64,000 nt of DNA from an uncultured Planctomycetaceae bacterium (GTDB taxonomy: Bacteria > Planctomycetota > Planctomycetia > Planctomycetales > Planctomycetaceae), in contig CAWFGE010000014.1 in the NCBI GenBank assembly GCA_963815195.1, forward strand, positions 96,001-160,000, written 5' to 3'. The notes beneath the pieces are model-generated. The model was not told where the DNA came from. It made no database searches and was given only the letters and a program-made list of their open reading frames with translations. The position numbers and the translations under genes were made by a program. Of this stretch, positions 57,061 through 64,000 are shown one piece after another (the stretch's first letter is position 1; each line of letters opens with the position of its first letter).

Positions 57061-60000
57061 ATGAGCAGCGTTCGGTTGTTGTGGGAAAGCTTGTTCTATT
57101 ATTGGCGGACGAATCTTGCGGTCTTGTTGGGCGTAATCGCGGGGACGGCGGTCATCGGCGGGGCGTTGATCGTCGGCGATTCCGTGCGGGGCAGCCTGGA
57201 AACCATGAGCCGCGAACGCCTGGGCGAAATCGATTACGCCCTCAGCAGCCACCGCTTCGTGCGGGAGAGCCTCGCCAACGATTTGGCGGCTCATATCAAG
57301 CAGTCCGATGGAACGCCGGGAACATCGGGATCGAAAATCTCGATGGCCCCGGCCCTCGTGATGGTCGGAGCGGTCGAGCGGAAGTTGAAAAAAAACGACA
57401 AGCAATCCAAAGGCCAGGCCCAATACGCCCGCGCGGGGCAGGTGAATGTTTACGGCTTGAATCAACGCCTTTGGGATCTGACCAACCACGATAGGGTCCC
57501 CCGGCCGGCGGGGAACGAGGTCATCCTCAGCGGACGGCTGGCGGAGCAATTGGGGCAGACCGAAGCGGGCGTCACCAGGCCGGTGGAAGTGGGCGACGAG
57601 GTCACGCTGTGGATCGAACTCCCCGCGAGCATTCCCCGCGACACGCTGCTCGGCGACCGCGAGCAGCAAACGTCCGTCCGCATCCCGCTGGAAGTCTCCA
57701 AGATCCTCCCCGACCGTTCCGGCGTGGGGCGGTTGGAACTCAATCCCAGCCAACAGTTGCCCCTCAATGCGTTTCTCGATTTGGAAACGCTCCAGAAGGC
57801 TCTGGATCTCAATGCCCGGCGGGTCCGCGATCCCGACCATGGACGGTTTGTCGAAAAGCCCGCGCGGGTGAATGCAATTTTCGTGGGAACGCACACGCCT
57901 TCCGTGGCCGAGGAGCAATCGGCCATCGACGTCGCGGAGACCTTAAACAAGCGGCTCGATGAATCCCTGGATCTCGACGATCTCAGCTTGCGAATCGTTT
58001 CGTATCCGAGCGAGGGATATTTCTCGCTGGAAAGCCAGCAGCAGATTCTGGCCGACCCCTTCGCCGAGGCTGCGCGGAAAGCGGCAAAGGATCTCAAGCT
58101 GCCCATCTCGCCCGCGCTGGTTTACATCGCCAACGAAATCGACAACGCCGATGCCTCCCAAGTGCAACATAAGACCGCGGAGCAACCGGGGCGGGGGTAT
58201 TCGATGTATTCGATCGTCGCCGGGATCGATTTGAACCAGGCCGGTCCGTTTCCCAAGTTTGAGTTCGCCGGCGCGCGGCCGAAATCATTGGGCGATGACG
58301 GCATCCTTCTGAACGATTGGCTGGCAAAAGACCTCAACGTCCAAACGGGCGACAACGTGCAAATGAAGTATTACCAGGTCGGCGGGCATATCTTGGGAGC
58401 GAAAGGCGAAATCCCGCAGGAGTCGCGGACCTTCACGGTGAAGGGGATCGTGAAACTCGAAGCCGCGGCGGTGGATAAAGGCTGGGTCCCCGAAGTGCCC
58501 GGCATCACCGATGCCCACACCTTCGATGACATCAAAGAGCCGTTCCCCATGAAACGGAACCTCATCACGAAGCGCGACGATACGTTCTGGGAACAATATC
58601 AAGCCAGTCCCAAAGCCTTTGTCTCCTTGGACACCGCCCAGAAACTCTGGCACAGCCGATATGGAAATCTGACCTCGGTCCGAGTCGGAATTCCGAACGG
58701 AGCCGACGCCGAGAAGATCCAACAGCAATTCACCAAGGCGTTTCTCAAGAACGTCGACATCCAGCAAGCGGGCTTGGCGTTTCGGCCGGTGAAATATCAG
58801 GGCCTGAATGCAGCCCGCGGGACGACCGACTTCAGCGGCCTATTCATCGGGTTCAGCTTCTTCTTAATTCTCTCCGCGACGATTCTGATCGGGCTGTTGT
58901 TTCGCTTGGGGATCGAACGCCGGAGCGCGCAGGTCGGCTTGCTCGCAGCGGTCGGTTACACGCCGGGCCAGGTCCGCAGCATGTTTTTGAAGGAAGGCTC
59001 GCTCGTCGTGGTCTTGGGCGGAATCCTCGGCGTCGCGGCCGCGATCGGTTATGCCCAGTTGATGATCTACGGCCTCAAGACCTGGTGGATCGGAGCCATC
59101 GGCACGCGGTTTTTGGATGTTTATCTCACCCCGATGAGCCTGGCGTCCGGGTTTCTCATCTCCGTGGTGATTACGCTGATCACCATCTGGTGGGCGCTAA
59201 GGCAACTGAAAAAACTCTCCACCCGCGACCTGCTTTCCGGTGAAGTCGAGGTCCAGGTCCCGATCGAAAAACAGCACCGCCGCGGACAGCTCGCTTGGAA
59301 GGTCAGCCTGGTTTGCGGCGTGCTTTCGCTGATTATTTTGATCGCGGCGCTCGCGGGTTTGATTCCGTCGAGCGAAGCCTTTATGGGATTGTCCTGGGCG
59401 GTGGTGGCGTTTTTTGTCGTGGGGATGGCGATGCTGACGGCGAGTTTGACGCTGCTCGCGTGGCTGTTGGAAACGGGCCGGGGTTTCGAGGTGCGGGGTT
59501 CGGGACTCTCGGGCACGACGCGGCTGGGCATGCGAAACGCCGCCCGCAGCCGGATGCGGAGCGTGCTCACGGTGGGATTGATCGCCTCGGCGACGTTTGT
59601 GATCGTCGCGGTCGCCGCGGGTCATCGAAACCCGGCGGTGGAATCGCCCGACATCAACTCAGGCAACGGCGGTTTCACGCTGGTCGCCGAGAGCAGCACG
59701 CCGATCAATTACGATTTGAACACAGCCGCCGGCCGCGAAAAAGTCGGCCTCACGGTGACCGGCGATTCCACCGAGGCCCAGCGCAAACGCGAGCTTTTGG
59801 ACAAGATGAAAGTCATGCCTTTCCGCGTCAAGCCGGGCGAGAACGCGAGCTGTTTGAACCTTTATCAAACCCAACTGCCGACGGTGCTGGGGGCGACCCC
59901 GGCGATGATCGAGCGGGGCGGATTCAAGTTTATCGGGGCCAACCGCGAGAATCCCTGGACGCGGCTCGAGGAATCTCTCGATCCCGTGACGATCACCACC

Positions 60001-60742
60001 GCCCAAGGCAATGAGGTCGAGGTGCCGGCGGTCCCGGCGTTCGGCGACATGAACACGCTGCAATACAGCCTGCACAAAGCCGTGGGCGATGTGGTCCCCG
60101 TGCCCAATTCCACTGCGCCGGAATATGCGCTCAAGATTGCGGGCATGTGGGACGGCAGCGTGTTTCAGGGCGTGCTGGTCGTTTCGGAAGCGAACTTCAA
60201 CCGCCTGTTTCCCGAGCAGGCGGGCTACCGTTATTTCCTGGTCGAGACGCCGCCGAAAGAGAAGGGCGAAGTCTCGAACATTTTGGAATCGGACCTGCAC
60301 GACTACGGCTTCGATGCCGAGCCCGTGGGCCGGCGGCTGGAAAGTTTTCTGGAAGTGCAGAACACGTATCTTTCCACGTTCCAGGCCTTGGGGGGATTGG
60401 GCCTCTTGTTGGGGACGCTCGGATTGGCGACGGTGATGCTGCGGAATGTCCTCGAACGCCGCAGCGAACTTGCCCTGTTGCGGTCGGTAGGATTTCTCAA
60501 ATCCCGGCTGGTGTGGCTGGTGCTTTGCGAGAATGCGTTTCTTTTGGTGTGGGGCCTCGCCGCGGGGACGGCGTCGGCTTTGATTGCGATGGCTCCGCAT
60601 CTGGTGACCATCGGGGCGGACGTGCCTTGGTCCACGGTGGGGGTGATTTTGGGAGCGGTCGCCGTCGTGGGCATGCTCGCCGCCCTGTTTGCCGTCTATG
60701 CAGCGGTCCGCACGCCGGTGCTGGCGACGTTGCGCGGAATAA
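57061..60742 (+). CDS. Large ABC transporter permease (FtsX/MacB-like, two repeats)
   Basis: VIGGALIVGDSVRGSL, GIERRSAQVGLL.AVG, VLERRSELALLRSVG; probable true stop TAA 60740-60742 is missed because of an indel. Confidence 0.85.
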
Positions 60743-60804
60743 CCCCGAGCCGTGGATCGAACTCGGCGGTTGGAAGCCTTCCCCCTACGGAAGACGCGCT
60801 CCGC

Positions 60805-61770
60805 TCATGCGGTGACGGTGGCATTGAGCGTGCCGTCGTCGTAGCTTTCAGGCGAATCCTTCGCGGCGCAGCAGCGGCGGCTGAGCGGAAAATCGTTTTG
60901 CACGCCGAGGTCCATCTCCGCGTGTTGCTCATCGACGCGCTCGGCGAGTTCCGCAAGGTCGAAGGCTTTCCATTTCTCGCCGAGCTTGAGCAGCAAATCG
61001 AGCCCGGCCTTTTCCTGCCGAAGTTGGTCCGGGAGCATCGCCGAGAGAGCGACCGCGGCGGCGGGCGTGCGGCCCAACTGCGGATGAGCCAGAATCCGCA
61101 ATCCGAAATGATGGAACAAGATGCAGCCGACCAGTTCGTCCGGCAGGCTCCATTTCTGGGCGAGCGAGGCCCCGGCGAGGGCGTGGTTCCATCCAAAGGT
61201 CTGGTCCTCGAATTCCGTGATGCAATCGGGAAACGCCTCGCGCTGATGAATGAAGGGCAGATACTTTTCGTCCATTTCATTCGTCAAAATCGGCAAGAGA
61301 TAATCCTGCAAAAGCGCGCCCGCGAACGCGACGTCGGTGTCGGCTTTGAGCATCTTCGCCACCTCGCGGGCGAACAGGGCTTTTTGGAGGCAGGCGTTCC
61401 AGAACCCGGCCTGATGGATCAAGCGGGACTTTCGCGCCTTCACCGCGGACTGCATGCCGTTAGAGACGATGAACATCTTCACCTGGCGGACGCCTAACAG
61501 CGTGATGGCTTGCTGCACGCTGCTGGCCTTGTGCCGGAGCCCGACATAAGCCGAGTTCACGTGCCTGAGCAACTCCAGCGTGAGCCCGGCATCCGTTTCC
61601 AGGATTTGCGAAAGCGTTTTCACGGGCGCATCGGGGTCTTTGGAAGCCTCCAAAAACCGCGTGACCGCCAAGGGCAGCGCAGGGAGCTTCAGCATCGACG
61701 GCAGGCTGGTGAGGCGAAAATCTCCAATGACTTCCGCGCACAACCCGCTCCAATCAATCGGCTCTGTCAT
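60805..61770 (-). CDS. HDOD-domain signalling protein
   Basis: [40 protein letters not shown]. Confidence 0.88.
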   Translation of the reverse strand: MTEPIDWSGLCAEVIGDFRLTSLPSMLKLPALPLAVTRFLEASKDPDAPVKTLSQILETDAGLTLELLRHVNSAYVGLRHKASSVQQAITLLGVRQVKMFIVSNGMQSAVKARKSRLIHQAGFWNACLQKALFAREVAKMLKADTDVAFAGALLQDYLLPILTNEMDEKYLPFIHQREAFPDCITEFEDQTFGWNHALAGASLAQKWSLPDELVGCILFHHFGLRILAHPQLGRTPAAAVALSAMLPDQLRQEKAGLDLLLKLGEKWKAFDLAELAERVDEQHAEMDLGVQNDFPLSRRCCAAKDSPESYDDGTLNATVTA

Positions 61771-62215
61771 ATTCGCACCTGGATTGTTTGTGAGCCGCGG
61801 CTTCCTTCAAGCGGAGTCTCAAAAGCAAATCGCAAAGAACCGGAAACATCGGCTCTCGCGGTTGGGATTTCACGCTGCAAAATCGAAAGAATCCCCCGAA
61901 CCGTCGACGGCCAAGGCGCACATTTCTCGGGTCTTGTCACGAGTTACCGAAATATAGAACAAGTTTCTTCCGCATGCGGCGTCCGAAATCGGTTTGACTC
62001 AAACTTTCGGCCTTCGGCGGCCCCCTTCCGAAACAGGCATGGATTGTCAACAAAAAACTCCCGCTCGTTTTCCAAATCGCAAATAGATATACTCATGGTG
62101 GGAACCGTTGAGCAGGAAAGCTTCGCTTCGCCGGGGTCGGCGGAGTTTGGAGGACAACGGATGCATGCCACATCGGAGAGCCGCCGAGCACCACGGCTGG
62201 GAACGAGGAAACCAA

Positions 62216-63675
62216 ATGCAGACGGTTTTGGTGGTGGATGATGATCGTTCGATCCGTCATCAACTGCAGGCAGCCCTCAGCCAGCTCGATCTCGTGGCTG
62301 TCGGGGATGCCCAGGATGGTTTGAGATGGCTCAAGGAGAACAGCGCCGATTGCGTGCTCTTGGACATCGTGCTGCCGGGGACATCGGGCCTGGAGGTGTT
62401 CCAACAGATCAAAACGCTGGACAACAAGCTGCCGGTGATATTCATCACGGCGGGGGGCAGCAGCGAGACCGCGATTCGAGCGATGCAATTGGGGGCTTAT
62501 GATTTTCTGGTCAAGCCGCTGAAATTGCCGGTCGTCAAGGATCTGGTGGCCAAGGCCCTTGAAACGCGGCGGCTGATGAACGTGCCGGTGGCCATTCCCA
62601 AAGATGAAGCCCTGCCCGCCACGGGAGATTTCCTGGTGGGCAAAAGCGAGCCGATGCTCAAAGTTTATGCGCAGGTCGGCCGCGTGGCGGCTCAGGATGT
62701 GATCGTGTTGATCCGCGGCGAGAGCGGGACCGGCAAAGAACTGATCGCCCGCGCCATCTATCAGCACAGTCCCCGCGCCAGCGAATGCTTCATGGCCGTG
62801 AACTGCGCTGCACTTCCGGACAGTCTGCTGGAGAGCGAACTCTTCGGGCACGAAAAAGGCGCTTCACGGGCGCTCATTCCCGGAGGATCGGCAAATTCGA
62901 GCAGTGCAACGGCGGCACGCTGTTCCTCGATGAAGTCGGCGACATGGCGCTCACCGTGCAAAGCAAAGTGCTCCGACTGCTCCAAGAGCAAAGGTTCGAG
63001 CGGGTGGGCGGGAACGAAACGATTCAAACCGACGTGCGAATCATCGCCGCCACCAACCGCAACCTCGAAGACATGGTCGAAGAAGGCGAGTTCCGCGAGG
63101 ATCTGTTTTATCGGCTGAACGGCTATACGATCTTTCTGCCGCCCTTGCGGGAGCGGCCCGGCGATCTCCCGCCTTTGATTCAGCATTTTCTCAACCGGCT
63201 CAGCCCGCAATTGGGAAAAGACAACGTGGAGGGCATTTCCCCGGAAGCCACCCGCTTGTTGATCCGTTACGACTGGCCGGGGAACGTGCGGGAAATGCAA
63301 AGCGTGATCCGCCAGAGTTTGCTGAACGCGACCGGCCCGGTCATTGTGCCCGATTTTCTGCCGCCGGAAGTCCGCGCGGCCGAAGGACCTTCCGATCAGA
63401 CGGCCGAACAGGTTTCCACCGAATCCAACGGCGAAGTCTGCAACCTCAAGCAGTTCTTGGACGAGCATCTGGCGGACGGGAAGGATTCCGAAAACCTGCA
63501 CGCCGAGACGATCGAGTTCGTCGAACGCTACCTGTTGACCCGGGTGCTCGAGCGCACCAACGGAAATCAATCGCAGGCGGCACGGATTCTCGGAATCACG
63601 CGGGGCAGTTTACGCAACAAAATCCGCACGCTGGGCATCGTTATCGAGCAAATCGTCCACGTCGATGAAGCGTAA
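62216..63675 (+). CDS. Sigma-54-dependent response regulator (NtrC family), frameshift near 62865
   Basis: [30 protein letters not shown] split over two frames; LFLDEVG; WPGNVRE; Fis-type HTH. Confidence 0.9.
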
Positions 63676-63767
63676 GACTGCTGGTCGTTTCGCCTCCAGG
63701 TTGGACAGACCGCGTCCAGTTCGGAGGAATCCCCCTCCGTCCGCCAGGCAATTGGAAGCCGAACTCT

Positions 63768-63784
63768 TTGGCATCCGCTTTGCT
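63768..63784 (+). promoter_or_regulatory. Sigma-54 (-24/-12) promoter
   Basis: TTGGCATCCGCTTTGCT fits GG-N10-GC; lies upstream of the 63851 gene and next to the NtrC-like gene. Confidence 0.7.
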
Positions 63785-63850
63785 TTGCAGTTCCGTCTGT
63801 TGTGATGACAAGTGCCATCACTCCAATCCATCCCCTTCCGGGAGGTATCC

Positions 63851-64000
63851 ATGCGCATGGAAACCCAATTTCCTTTTCATAAAGAGTTGTCAGAAAAGCT
63901 GCACGCGTTGATTCGTTTTAACAGGGATGCTCACGCGGGGTTTCTCCAAGCGGCCGAGGAAATCCAGAACCCGCACCTTTCGAGATTGTTCCGCGATTTG
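63851..64000 (+). CDS. PA2169/DUF2383 ferritin-like four-helix-bundle protein (3'-partial)
   Basis: GGAGG RBS; KLHALIRFNRDAHAGFLQAAEEIQNPHLSRLF. Confidence 0.7.
   Translation, partial: MRMETQFPFHKELSEKLHALIRFNRDAHAGFLQAAEEIQNPHLSRLFRDL

Noticed and set aside
60743..61497. C-terminal extension of the 1478-aa ABC permease ORF
   Set aside because: Read-through from an indel just before TAA 60740-60742; the extension is the antisense of the HDOD gene
52589..63675. Programmed frameshifting or pseudogenisation of the esterase, permease and NtrC-like genes
   Set aside because: Isolated indels in otherwise intact genes with no slippery sites noted; sequencing error is the simpler explanation
1..64000. 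tRNA or rRNA genes
   Set aside because: No cloverleaf or rRNA-like sequence recognised by eye

Overview
GC-rich bacterial DNA; gene content (DUF1570 protein, sulfatase-type N-terminus, REP-like repeats, DUF2924/serine-recombinase element) suggests a Planctomycete, which is an inference. Four blocks. (1) 1-7361: end of a CRISPR locus: a protein ending in a CARF domain, cas2, cas1, a stand-alone group-II-intron-like reverse transcriptase overlapping the cas1 stop, a leader, and an array of 50 repeats (37 bp) and 49 spacers. Many spacers read as antisense to coding sequence, and two target loci were hit more than once with variant sequences. (2) 7547-9607: a co-oriented three-gene module directly behind the array: LemA-like membrane protein, Zn-ribbon plus two cold-shock domains, and a possible bacterial HORMA domain fused to a cold-shock domain. 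(3) about 9.8-42 kb: a decayed prophage/ICE-like island: helicase fragment, prim-pol/AAA replicase with a palindromic ori candidate, intein-containing ParB-methyltransferase, three promoter-gene-hairpin cassettes, terminase without structural genes, DUF2924 plus large serine recombinase, two IS21 copies, an IS-truncated McrB-like GTPase, and a PNP-nucleosidase plus giant TPR/PIN two-gene defence candidate. The island appears to end inside an interrupted sulfatase gene. (4) 42-64 kb: ordinary chromosomal genes (SSS transporter, lexA, ArnT-like, PAP2, hydrolases, PL10 pectate lyase, ABC permease, HDOD, NtrC-like regulator). Single-base frameshifts also occur in housekeeping genes, so many apparent pseudogenes may be sequencing or assembly indels. 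All family calls come from motif recognition by eye, not from database searches.
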